Source: Lama guanicoe (lineage: Eukaryota). Taken from it: a stretch of 64,000 nucleotides of DNA. Positions 1 to 12,863 of this stretch are shown here, piece by piece. The notes beneath the pieces are model-generated. The model ran no database searches, was not told the DNA's origin, and saw only the letters and a list, made by a program, of their open reading frames with translations. The position numbers and the translations under genes are program-made. Each line of letters starts with the position of its first letter. The first letter of the stretch is position 1. The stretch spans positions 1,908,084-1,972,083 of the forward strand of contig MU056050.1 of the NCBI GenBank assembly GCA_013239625.1, read 5' to 3'.

Positions 1-1512
1 AGTGGGAGGAGGTTTCAAAGTTACAGGGCACTGGATGAGGCTAGAGGAAGAAAATTAATTAGAACCATAATACAATCAATATTCCATGGTCCCTGAGAAA
101 AAGAGAATGGCTTTGGCTTAGCATCTTCCCAACTCCACTTCTCAAGAATTGTGACTGTACTCTGGTTCCTAGATCTGTAACACTGGCTATAGTGTCCTTA
201 TAACAAATCCTCTTTACCTGAACTTTCTTTGCAATCAAGAGTCCTAAATTTAGTGGAAGTAATTTAGGAAAAACCAAATATCTGGTGTGGTACAAAATGA
301 TAAGAAATTGGACTAAAACAGAAACTTCCATCCTGTTGGTCAACTAAATCAAGTGCTTGCATCATTAAAACACTGACAAATAGTTGTTTAAAGATGCCTC
401 TTTTTCTTTTTAATTTTGCTTTGCTTTTTTTCCCTCCTACTCTGTTAGATTTCAGAAAAATTAACAAATTTTTATGGTAAATCACCAAGATATGGCACAT
501 TTCACAATTACTGTGTGATTTTTTTTTTAATTTATGCTGCCCTACACAGACAACCCCAGTACTGCTGGTTATCTGTTTCCAAGCTGCCAGTTTCAGCTTC
601 AAGAGATATCTGGGAATATTTCACTCGCTTCAGAATTTCCATAAATATTCAATGAGACTGAATGACCAGAATAGATCTGCACATTTCTTCTCTTTGCAGA
701 ACATGTAAGGAGTGGGGAGACTTTGTGCTGATTTCCAGCTTTGATTCAGAAAAATCTTGGCTCTCAGAGCCATGAGCATCTGTAGCTCCACACCCACCTG
801 AGCTAATCTTGAATCAGCTGCTAAGACACGTCCAAGGCTTTGAACACTCACATAGACTCACTAAAAGCTCTTTACATGGAACACTCTCACCATCAGCTCT
901 GACTAATGTATCATTTAATAGAGGCTGCTATAGGCCTACTAAACACTCTCCACTGCTATGAGTGATCTAAGTGTGATGAACTGAACCTTCTAAGGCATCT
1001 AAATCCTGGGAAATTTCACATGATTATCATTAATGAGACAATCTCAAGTTAATTGGTTTGGGGCATCCCCACTCCCAAACCTAAGTTCTAATGGGTATTA
1101 TAAACCAACATGAAATTAGCCTGACTGTGATATTTTCCATCAAGCCTAGGATTCTCTCACAAAAGAATTCCTGATTTGCTTGTAGCTTTAGCTATAATAT
1201 CTGAAACTACAGCATCATGGAGTGCTATAGATCATTGCATTTTCTGCTAGGCAGGCATCCCACTGATTTAAGTTTGGTTACCCAGAGCCTCAGCAACACA
1301 TTTATATGGTGAAGAGGAAGCACAAACTACAGAGTACTAGCCAGACTGCATGCTTTTTATAAACGATCTATTGACAATTATTTCAAGTCAGTATGCAAAC
1401 AGTCCCTTCCTTTAGTTCACAGACTATTTCAGTAACTTTGATCAGAGAGACAATAAATAAAATCTCTGTGGTTATAGTCACAAGTCTTTGAAAGAAGTCT
1501 TAAAAAGGACTT

Positions 1513-1536
1513 GATGATGAAGATGATGATGATGAT
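1513..1536. repeat. short imperfect (GAT)n microsatellite
   Basis: gatgatgaagatgatgatgatgat seen directly. Confidence 0.8.
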
Positions 1537-1603
1537 TATATATAAAATCTTCTCTTGTCAAGATTAAAGAATGCAAAAGAGAAGAGGTAAAAAGTTGGAG
1601 AGA

Positions 1604-3113
1604 AGGAATAACTCTCCCAGACTTCAGACAATACTACAGAGCTACAGTCATCAAGACAGCATGGTATTGGTACAACAACAGACATATGGGCCAATGGAAC
1701 AGAATAGAGAGCCCAGAAATGAACCCACAAACTTTTGGTCAACTCATCTTTGACAAAGGAGGCAAGAATATACAATGGAAGAAAGACAGTCTCTTCAGCA
1801 AATGGTGTTGGGAAAACTGGACAGCAGCATGTAAATCAATGAAGCTAGAACACACCCTTACACCATATACAAAAATCAACTCAAAATGGATTAAAGACTT
1901 AAACATAAGACAAGACACAATAAACCTCCTAGAAGAAAACATAGGCAAAACATTATCTCACATACATCTCAAAAATCTTCCCCTAGGGCAGTCTACCCAA
2001 GCAATAGAAATAAAAGCAAGAATAAACAAATGGGACCTAATGAAACTTACAAGCTTCTGCACAGCAGAGGAAATCATAAGTAAAACAAAATGACAACCTA
2101 CAGAATGGGAGAAGATTTTTGCAAATAATGAAACTGACAAAGGCTTGATCTCTAGAATATATAAGCAGCTCATATGACTTAATAAGAAAAAAACAAACAT
2201 CCCCATCCAAAAATGGGCAGAAGACCTAAACAAGCAATTCTCCAAGGAAGAAATACAAATGATCAATAGGCACATGAAAAAATGCTCAGTATCACTAATT
2301 ATCAGAGAAAGCAAATCAAAGCTATGATGAGGTATCACCTCACACCAGTCAGAATGGCCGTCATTCAAAAATCCACAAAGGACAAATGCTGGAGAGGCTG
2401 TGGAGAAAAGGGAACCCTCCTACACTGCTGGTGGGAATGCAGTTTGGTGCAGCCACTATGGAAAACAGTATGGAGATTCCTCAAAAGACTAGAAATAGAC
2501 TTACCGTATGACCTAGGAATTCCGCTCCTCGGTATATATCCAGAAGGAACCCTACTTCAAAATGACACCTGCACCCCAATGTTCATAGTAGCACTATTTA
2601 CAATAGCCAAGACAGGCTGTTTCCATAAATGTTCATCAACAGATGTCTGGATAAAGAAGTGGTGGTATATTTATACAATGGAATACTATTCAGCCATAAA
2701 AATGACAACATAATGCCATTTGAAGCAACATGGATATCCCTGGAAAATGTTATTCTAAGTTAAGTAAGCCAGGAGAAAGAAAAAGCCATATTAGATCGCT
2801 TACATGTGGAATTAAAAAAAAAAGAACATAAATACAAAACAGAAACAGACTCATAGAATACAAACTTGTGGTTGCCAAGGGGGCGGGGGGTGGGAAGGGA
2901 CAGACTGGAAGTTCAAAATCTGTAGACACTGACAGGCATATGCAGAATAGATAAACAAGATTATACCGTATAGAACAGGGAAATACATACAAGATCTTGT
3001 GGTAGCTCACAGTGAAAAAAAATTTGACAATGAATATATATGTTCATGTATAACTGAAAAATTGTGCTGTACACTGGAATTTGACACAACATTGTAAAAC
3101 AACTAAAACTCAA
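1604..3113 (+). mobile_element. 5'-truncated LINE-1: ORF2 C-terminal region plus 3' UTR, disrupted
   Basis: Translates to canonical L1 ORF2 motifs ([81 protein letters not shown]). It has in-frame TGA stops (e.g. 2091-2093) and a frameshift near 2310. The 3' UTR has a G-rich tract at about 2879-2899. Confidence 0.97.
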
Positions 3114-3464
3114 TTTATTATTAGCTCTTTTTCTCACAGAGACAGAGAAAAAGAGATTTCAAAGCAACCACTGTAAAAAAAAAAAATCCTAGTATCCCAA
3201 AGGTCCAAGAGTTCTATAAAAACTTTTATGAGCAGCCTTTTCCTATTGCAATAGTAGTGGACATGAAGCCCAAATTCTTGGATGTTCTAACTGGCTTACA
3301 GAAAACAACTGTGCCATATGCAACAACTGAAACTAACCCTTCTGTTTAAAAGCAGTAGTTTCAAGACAAATTGTGGGCAGTGTTGGCCTCACTTAAAAGT
3401 TTTTATTGGCTGAAACAAAAGCTGTATTTTGAAATGACGTATCAGCAAATGGCACTAATGATGC

Positions 3465-4028
3465 ACCATAACTCCCCTTGCTTAAAAAAAGAAAAAAACC
3501 TTCAGTGGCTCCCAACATACTTCAGGATGGAGTCCTTCTTACAATATATAAGGTCCTTCGCAATCTTGCTTCTTCCTACATTTACAGCCTCATCTGCTGC
3601 CATTCCCCCAAACCTACCAGAAAATACTTCACTCCTAACACCCTGAAATACTTTCCACCCCTCAAACAAGCTAGGCACTTCCAGGCCTGTTCACCTTCAC
3701 ACCTGCTCTGTCTCCCATTTTCCCCTCCTTCTCTACTCATCATTTACCACTTATCCTTGAGAAGCCATCCCAGCATCACTAGGTATAGTCATTCTCATGG
3801 TCTTGTTTACCAACCTCTATAGAGATTCCAAGATATTCTAACACTGTGTTTATATGTCACAATCACTAGTGAACACACCTGTGAGTTCAGCCATGTGCAT
3901 ACACATACACACACACATACTTACATACCTCCTTGGAACTAGAACTCATTTCATATTCATTTCACACTTTCCAGTCTCCAGCAAACTGCCTGGCAAAGAG
4001 TAAAGACTCAGAAAGATGGTGGAATTTA
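3465..4028 (+). mobile_element. L2 LINE 3' fragment (highly diverged)
   Basis: L2-like motifs 'cttaaaa..ccttcagtggctccca' and 'ctgcctggcaaagagtaaagactcag'; interrupted by a (CA)-rich tract. Confidence 0.65.
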
Positions 4029-6707
4029 TGTTTGTGTGTGGGCATGGATTTGCACGGAGTACACAGAATCTGTTGTCTGGACCTTCTTTGTTAGTGGCTG
4101 ATAGCTTACATTTGCCAGATGGTGTGTCTATATTATAAATAGATAATGGACAAAAAAAGGAAAACAAGGTATAGCTAACTGGTCCAGTTGGGAAAGAAAT
4201 CCTTAGCCATAACCTTAGTCTTGTACACTAATCACGTTAGCCCTTACTGAGGACAAACTTTTTCATAGGAGAACCTACTTAGATGCAAGCAAACTTTTAT
4301 TATTCCCCACCCCAGGCTTCCTTGTTCTTGGGACACAAAGCATGATTTTCATTAGTTTCCTTTTTTTAGATCTTTTTCTGAGCTCCTTAATCCATCCCCC
4401 ATTTATAGAGTTATTTATGATGATTTGGCAGACACAAAGCTCTTTGCCATGACTCAATTGGCATTTTAAATTATTTTAATTTCAAAAGAGGCAGCAGTGA
4501 CACAACCATTTTTAACCACTAACTACTTAGAAACTTCCCTATTTAGGCAAATCCATTCTTGCAAGTAGAATGGATTTCATGATGAACTGAGTCACCAACC
4601 CACATGTCAAACCAGAGACTTTCATTTTACCACATTGCATTGATATTCAGAAAAGAGTTCTCAGGGGGCTTTGAAATATATACTACTACTGTTAAAGGAA
4701 AAAAAAAACCTAAGTCAGTATTCTGCTCAAGGATGGTAAAAAGAAGTTAGAAGAAACCTGTTGTTGTGATGATTGCCTCTCTTAAAAGATCACCCTGGAA
4801 CCACTGAACAGATCCTGAAGAACAAAGGGCAGCTGTGGGATTCCTGGAGTCTTCTTTAAAAGAAGAGATGTCAAAATATAACAATAACTAGCCATTAAAC
4901 CCCTGGACTACATGACAATTGTTTATAGTGACTGCAAGTGAAATAGTTGCAGCCTGCCTATCCCTGTCCCCACCCCATGAAGACTTAACTCCATCCATTA
5001 ACATGTGTTTGGAAAATGCGTGTAAAACTACCTTTCAAAAACATCATTAGGCACACTTTTACCCAAAATGCACAAGTGTTCACAAGTGCACACACACGCA
5101 CTCACTCTCACACACACACCCCTCACAAAAGGAAAAGGATTTCTCATTCCAGAAGCCTAAGTACAGAATCTAAAAGCAAAACGTCATGACATATTGAATT
5201 GGCAAGGAGTGTCCTCCTCCTTTCCCTGTACTTGGAAATTCACTTAAAAACATAATGGGAAATAAAAACAGTAGTTTAAAATGTTTATTTTATAGAGGGG
5301 AGTAGGGTTGGGAAAGGGGTTGAAAGCGAACTTTCATCTTTCACTGTATATTTAGGACATCTTCGATGATTTTTTTAAATAATAAGTATACATTCATATA
5401 TTTTATTTGAACAATGAAAAATAAGAAAAATAATGAAGGGGAGAAAATAGTGTGCCCTAAACTACTTATATCTGTGGCACATATATCAGAAATAGATTGT
5501 GCAAAGTTTCCCCTTATTGTTCAAACTTTCACATACCTTTAATTCTACTAGGACTCATTATTTGATGCAAGAAATTTTCTTTATCCCACCCATCAGACAT
5601 CTCTCAAATACATTCTAACATACAGGCACACGTGCATGTGCGCATATTCCCCATGCACCTGCCCTCTTACCATCACCTTCAAGCCACTCAAAAATCATCA
5701 GGGGAGAATGAGAAAATCTAGAAGAAAAATCAAGATCATCACCATAACCAACCAAGCATCTAAGTTAGAATACAGTGAGTTAGCCAGTCTATATTAAGGC
5801 TGTATTTCAAAATCTAAGTCTCACTGTTTTGTGTATTCTGTGTTTGTGTGTGTGTTTTATTTTTCAAACTAAGTTTTTGCTGCTTCTTTATATTATAAAT
5901 AGATACACACATACATACTTACGCACAAACATAGATGTGTGAGAGAGACCTCTAAAAATTTTTTTACCTCTGATATCCTAGAATTCATAAAAATCTAAAG
6001 CACATTTTCCATGCACAAAGATTGGTCACAAAAATGATATATCTTCAGAAGGCTTAGTTTGACGTTCCAGAAGTATTGAGATAGATGCATTTGATGTTAC
6101 ACACACCTACCATCTTCAGCAACAGAAGAGCAGTTTTCGTATTTCAACCTTGGAGAGTCTTATTTGCAATAACTCACACTGGGAAAACCCTCCTGGGTCA
6201 TAACAACATAATTCCCTTCAAAAACTACTGTTTCTATTTCTAAATTACATTAAAAAGAAACTCCCAATATCCCAATACAAAAGGTATTTCACAGTTCTCT
6301 TTGGATAGGTGTATAATGATTATTGCAATATTACTGGGAATTTTGCAAAATACAAAGGGATCTAAGGAGGCAGTATGGTCTCATAGTTCAGCAAGAAGGT
6401 TTAAGAATTCCTTGAGATTGAATTTTGGTGACCCCAACTCCAAACATACAAACACTCAAATTGTTGGCATATTTACTGAATGCTACATTTTTACAAGTAG
6501 AAATGGGAAAGGAGAGTAAATTATAACTGAACACCAACAAATAACAGAATAAATAATGAGGGAATCAAGTCAACAAGTATTTACTGTCAGCTCCTCAAAG
6601 GATTGGCAGTGGAAGGGGAAGTAAAAAGGACTTTGAAGATGAATCCTGCTCTCAAGGAACTTCCATTTAGATCCAGAGGAAAGATGAATCTACATGAAAC
6701 ATGTAGA

Positions 6708-6868
6708 GCAGGTAATTTCCAGAATTAATTTGGGCTTTTAAAAAATTCAGATTCCTGGGCTCACCACCAACTTACTGAATCAAAATCTCTGGTGGGGGTG
6801 ATCAGAAATCTATATTTTTAAAAAGCTCTTCCAATCATTCTGATAATCAGTTCATCTTGGAACCCACT
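6708..6868. mobile_element. MER5-like hAT-Charlie non-autonomous DNA transposon
   Basis: 'cagattcctgggctcaccacc..actgaatcaaaatctctgg..gattctga..ggaacccact' resembles MER5A/B. Confidence 0.7.
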
Positions 6869-6879
6869 AAATGAGAGGC

Positions 6880-7260
6880 AACGCAAAAGGGTGCATAAAG
6901 AAGTGCTAGATCAGTTTTTGATGGAGACAATTTTTGATGCATAATTCTTTGAAGAGAGAATCAAAATGCTCCAGGAAATTAGAGAATAAAAGGATTAATG
7001 AGGCAGCAGTGATCAGGAAAGTCTTCCCAGAGAAGGTGAGACCAGAGCTGTGCCATGAAGGATGGGTAAGATTTGAATTGGCAAAGAGAAAAAGGGATGG
7101 CATTTCAAGATGGATAATATAGCATCATCAAAAGAAAGGATGTGAAAAGGAACAACTTCAGAGCACAGGAACAGACCAGCAGTTCCAGAGGAGCCACTGT
7201 TGAGAAATAGAGTGAGAGAAGATTGGACCTATAGGAAGATTAGGATACTAAGGCCAGTAC
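6880..7260 (-). mobile_element. L2 fragment
   Basis: 'gatcaggaaagtcttcccagagaaggtgagaccagagctg..gaaggatgggtaagattt' is a typical reverse-strand L2 3' segment. Confidence 0.6.
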
Positions 7261-8404
7261 ACCAGTGATGCTTACAGCAGAAATGGTTCCTCTGGGCACC
7301 ATAATTGTGGTACTCTTTGCAACCAGATATTCTTTCGATTGTAGGAAAGACAATGAGATATGAAATAGGTAAGAAACATGGGAATAAATGATAAATGCAG
7401 TATCTTCTTTGCAAGCACAAAATTTTCCCAGACTCCACTATAACTGTCCAAAACCATCAGGTGATAGTTTCAAACCAAATGCTTAAAATCCTTCAATAGT
7501 TTCCCATTTCCCTTAGGGTAAAGTTCAAACTTTTGAACATAGTTTACAAGGTCCTTTATGGTCTGCCATTGCCTATCTCTCATCATGTATGTTACCACTC
7601 AGGTTGGACCAAACTGACAAAATCAAACTTCCAGTCATTCTACAATTAGGAAAAAAAATCTGAGCAAGAATTCTGTGCATTTGCTCTTTTCCCCAGTGGC
7701 CCAGAACTTTCATTTCCCCCCTTTACAGTATCAGTGGTCAATGAAGAGATGAAGCAAAATAGAAAAATAGTTGCATGAACATTTAGACAACAAATGAAAC
7801 CCAGTGTATGGGTTTCCCCCACCACAGAGCCCAACACACAAATATGCTCCCTCAAATATTATTGATCAATCAGGTGCTGTTGTCTCACCTACACAGAGAC
7901 TATGGCACTCTTTTATAACATAATGGCAGCCAACACTCCTGCAAGACCTGATTGTTTTATATTCAGATGTTGCAACATTCCTCTGACTCTGGTAGTAGGG
8001 TTTCAATCTTTGGCCGCATTGAGCTCAGTTGCCTCTCATCTGATATACGATGAGACTGAGACAAACCAGAAGTAGTACTGTTTAGCAGTTTTAGTGTCGT
8101 GTTCAAGATTCAGTGCCCTCTAACATCAAATGAGAAAGCATTTGCTATCACAGATGTGCTCTGATTAAGTTAAGGCAATACACAAAATATTCCAATTCAT
8201 TCCTAAGACCAATTTAAAAGTGAGTGGTTATTTGCTTCCCAAAAAAAGTTTTAAAAAGAAACAAAAAATCTATTTTCATTGTTTTTCAAACAGATTTACA
8301 ATAAGATGTGCTCAGATAGTGAATATCCCTAGTGCTTTGAAAACAGCATAATATTTATAACTGTCTTACTTAAATGAAAGTTCTAGGTAATAATACTGTT
8401 TGGG

Positions 8405-8925
8405 ATGGTGGAAAGAGTATAGGCTTTGAAGATGAGGAATTTAAATCCCCACTCTTTCACTTTCCACTCTGCCACTTTTGCGTGTGCAAGCCTGAGGTTC
8501 AAAAAGGTTAGATAAGATGGCCCAGTTTCCTCATATATAAAATGGGCGTAATATCAATGCTTACTGCAGAGGGCCATTGGGAGGATTACATGAGATAAGA
8601 ATGGGAAAGTATTTGGTAAATGTCAGGCTCCTCATGAGGTCCACCTTTTGTAACTGGCACTTTATATTAGTTTTTATTTTATTTAATTAAAAATTTTCTT
8701 AATGATTTTGTCAGTAGCATGGTGTTGTAGAGTACATGGGCTTCGGCATCAGACAGCCCTGGATTCAAATCCCACTGAGCTTTCACTTCTTTATGTACAA
8801 AACGGATTTAGTAAAAACCTACCTCCTGAAGGTTGTTGGGAAGAGTGAAGAAACGTGTGAAGTATCTATTTATCACAGTGCCTGATAAGTTGAAAATCTT
8901 CAATTAATGGTAGCCATTATTATTT
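8405..8925 (+). mobile_element. two adjacent MIR SINEs (about 8405-8625 and 8715-8925)
   Basis: MIR core 'cagtttcctcatatataaaatggg..gaggattacatgagataa'; second copy 'ctggattcaaatccc..cctacctcctgaaggttgtt..acagtgcctga'. Confidence 0.75.
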
Positions 8926-10503
8926 TTCTAACGACCATTATTGTTTATTCCATAATGAGGTACACTTGTGTTAAATTACAAATGGAAACCTCAGCCAGGC
9001 AAAACAAACAAACAAACAAACAAAACCACCTAAGGCTATTTCAACAGCTGATTTGGGTCATACAATTTTTATAAAAAGTCAATTTAGTAAAACCAGTATG
9101 AACTAAAGCAAAACAAAACAGTCCATTCAACCCAGTGACATTTAAGCAGCAAAGACCAAAAAAAAGTTGTCAAAAAATTATTCCTATTTGGCTGATTGTG
9201 TCATCACAGTGTACACCTAGCCTAATGTTGACTCTCTCATTGATCTGAAATGATTATCTGATGTTGTTTTACCTACCTCAAAGTAAGAATCTACATTCAT
9301 TTTTAGGATTGCATATTCCAATGAACAAAGAAGCCAGCAGGATGTATAAGAAAAAGCCAACATAACCTCTGAATTCCTTTCATATTGAGATTCTGTGGAT
9401 CTCTAGAATCTCACTTACTGTGTGACCATGACCAAGCAACTTGACCTCTCTGGGTCTAGGATTCTCCATCCTCAAAATGAGGGAGTCGGCTCTAAGACTC
9501 TATAATTCTACTTTAAAATTATAATCATTCTGCAATAGCCACAGGGCAGAAAACCTGAGACTCCTGCAATTATTGCTCTTAGCAAAATCAACTCCATATA
9601 AAACTATGGAAAAAATTTTCTTATTTACCTTTTTTATTGCTCTCCCCTTGTCCAGGGCCAGAGTGATTTATTATAACATCACTGTAAAGTGATTTCTAAT
9701 ATGCTCACCAAAAGTCAGAGAGGAATATAAACAAATCAGAATCCTCAATAAATGCTCCAGAAAAGGAGTTTAATTTTTAAAAAACCTCTGTTTCCAAGGA
9801 GCCTATGCTGATACTGCAAGTGAGAGAAGCTACCTTCGGAAACACTTGGAAATACCATACAATTCAACTCCTCATAATCTAGGCGGGAGAGAACTGGAGA
9901 TATATTTCATAAGAATCGTTTGGGGGAGAAAAAATACCTATGACATTTCTACATTAAACGTGAACCAAACTCTTTGCAGGAGGCAAAATGGGGACTAGAT
10001 TTTTCTCCAGTGCTTTCAGTAACACCCAGTAAAATAGTGATTAACCAGGACTCTATAAATACAAACTTCAAATTTCCAGAATATTCTTGCTATACTCTGC
10101 TCTAAAGAAAATGCAGCCAGTTTTAGACTCTCTGATCAGACCTCAAAGGGTGACCACAATTAATGATGGTGATAGTCTGGGCCCCAGAGCATTCATACAC
10201 CTCTCTGGGCTTCTTTATGTAGCCAGAGAAGATAATATACAGATAATACTTCTATAGGTAATATTTATACAATTTACATAATATATATTATGTTCCTATT
10301 ATAATATTTTATAGATAGTATTTATTGAGCACTTACTCTATGCCAGGCCCTGTGCTAAGTGATTATTAAGCATAATCTTATTTAGGAGACTGGTAATGAG
10401 GGAACCCAACCAAAAACCAGAGAAAGAAACCCAGAGGGGTTAGCCAGGAGGAATAGAGGTGGAGCCATGAGGTGTAGTTGCTCTCGCATAAAAGATTACA
10501 GAA

Positions 10504-10684
10504 TTCAATATTTTGTGCTAATCTATAATGAAAAATAATAAAAGAAAAGTTTTCTTATTCTTTTATATCTAGATATAGATATAGGTAAAGATATGTGTAT
10601 AACTGAATAACTATGCTGTATACCGGAAACTTAACACAACATTGTGAATCAACTATACTTAAATAAGAAATGTTAAAAAAAAAA
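10504..10684 (+). mobile_element. very short 5'-truncated L1 3' end with poly(A) and target-site duplication
   Basis: L1 terminal motif 'tgtataactgaataactatgctgtataccggaaacttaacacaacattgt' then an A tail; TSD aagattacagaa (10492-10503) / aagactacagaa (10685-10696). Confidence 0.85.
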
Positions 10685-12863
10685 AAGACTACAGAAACTT
10701 TAAGACAGCTATCACGACTTCTATGGCCTTAGACCTCTCCTGGCTGCTACTCAGACGGGTTCCAGAGAATGCAACAACCACAACCCTTTGAGCTTGGCTC
10801 TGGCAACTGTCCTATGGAGCTCCTGAACCTTCAGTCAGCCACATAGCCTTAAAATTTATACTTCTTGAACCTTGCACTGATGCCTGGTTTCACAGTATCT
10901 AATGCCAGCCTGTCTTGCATTGAGCACGAGGGGAAATTAAGAAGCCAAACAGGAGAGTATTGCAATAGTCCAGGTGAAAGAGGTTTAAAATAGGATGGTA
11001 GCAGTGGAGTGGGACAGAAACGAGTATATTTGAACTATATTTTGAGGATAGTAAAATTGGCATGTCTTTCTCTGGGGTTTTATGTTCACAATGAATGCCT
11101 AATTGTTCCATCTGATTTGGCTGCTGTCTTTGTCAAATTGGTGTATTTGTTTCAACACACCAACCAAAATAAATCTTGGTTTAGAGACTGGATTTCTCGC
11201 TTTTGGTGATATGTGGATACAGCCTAAGACACAACAATTCTAAGAAAAGTGATGAAGGAGAGAACATAAATATAAGTGATAATTCAAACCAAAGGATCAG
11301 AAAGGCTACAGTGTGCCTTTATCTCAAATCTTCTTTCATAAAATATTAATATTTTCAAATGGAAATATTACCTCTGATGCAGATTGAGTGCCATTCAAAT
11401 GGCAACAGGCCAAGAAGAGAATTTTTTTTAACATCAATACATTAAGCTCCCTGTAAAAATTTGTTTTCTGCTGAAACTTGTGCACAAAAAATTAGAAATA
11501 GAATCAGTGAAGCATATGCTTTAGCACATCTTTTTAATCAGCTTCTTGCATGTATTAGTTTAACTCCCATTGTTATAATTTCATCCTTGCTGGAATGAGT
11601 TTTACTTTGCCTTATTTCAGCCCCCAAATCCAGACATTTAGAAGTAATCAAAATAACCAGAAAACGGCCTGACCCATGCAGCCCACCAGCTACTTTGAGA
11701 TCTAAACTGTATCTCTAAGCCAAGGGACATCCAAAAGGAAAGTAGAAAAGCCAAGCAATCATTTATATATTTGAACATGGTGGTGTCTAGAAGATCTGGA
11801 TGCTTCATGGTTTTTCTCATTTTAATTCAATTTGCCTATGGCCTGTTCAGAAATACTTGTAGATACTTGAAACATCTCCAGGAGATTTCTGGCAGGTGAA
11901 CCAACAACAATTCAATAAGCTTTTTTTTTTTAAGATATACTATTATATACCTTGAATATTATTTATCAGACATTTATTAGTCAGTCATTAATTTAGAAGG
12001 TGACACTTCTAGACTCCTTGACTGAACTCTGAACTTCTTAATTTAGTCAAGCAACTGTTTTGACACATATTTTCTAACAAATTTCTCAGTTGGTTGATGC
12101 CCATCCTGAAAGAAGATCCCCTAGGCATAGACTGGCACAATTATTATAACCAGTTGACATGATTAGTCCTAAGGTCTAGCTTTCAGGGAGATTTAATTTC
12201 CAGATTTCATTAAACTAGCCAAAAGACTCACATCTTTTCGTGTTCTAATGTCCGCCTACAAACCCGTAGTTATAGTAACCAAGAGCAAATGCTCAGCCTC
12301 AAAGGATTATCAGATTTGAAGCAATGGACTAGATTTGGCAGCTTCTCTGCTGTCAAAGATGCTAAGGAACTTAGATGCAAAATAGTCTCCTACTCTTTCT
12401 CTCCCTTACTTTGAAATGACAGTTGAAATGTCCACTTCCTAGGGAATGCCAGTCAGTCTTCCATGCACCCCTTCAAAAGTAGGCAGCAGAGAGACAGAAG
12501 AAGTAAAATGTCAGGTAAGATGCATAGGGTTGATGGTTATTATTAAAAGAAGAATAGAAAGGGAAGACTCCTGTAGAAGTTGGCCTGGAGCTAAAACATG
12601 AGGAATGAGTAGAATCTGAATTGGCAGAAAGGAACACATAGTGAATTCAAGGTGTGTGCAAAGGTCCAGAAGAGACTGTGAGTACCGTGTGAATACAGAA
12701 CCAGGTGAGGTGAAGCAGATGATCCCTACGTCTTCGAGCTACAAATGGTGGTAGTAAAGATTTCTCCTGAAGGCTGAGATTCCAAAACAACTTTACACAT
12801 GGATCTGACTTTCTATTTCCATTTGATTCAGCCACTAGGATGTGAGTTTTAATTGAGGCAGTA

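Noticed and set aside
1536..3010. Seven ORFs of 60-143 aa on both strands
   Set aside because: All are fragments, alternative frames or antisense frames of a dead L1 ORF2 and its 3' UTR, not host genes.
4129..5905. 17-bp direct repeat tatattataaatagata near 4129 and 5889
   Set aside because: Low-complexity AT-rich match with no intervening element for which it could be a TSD.
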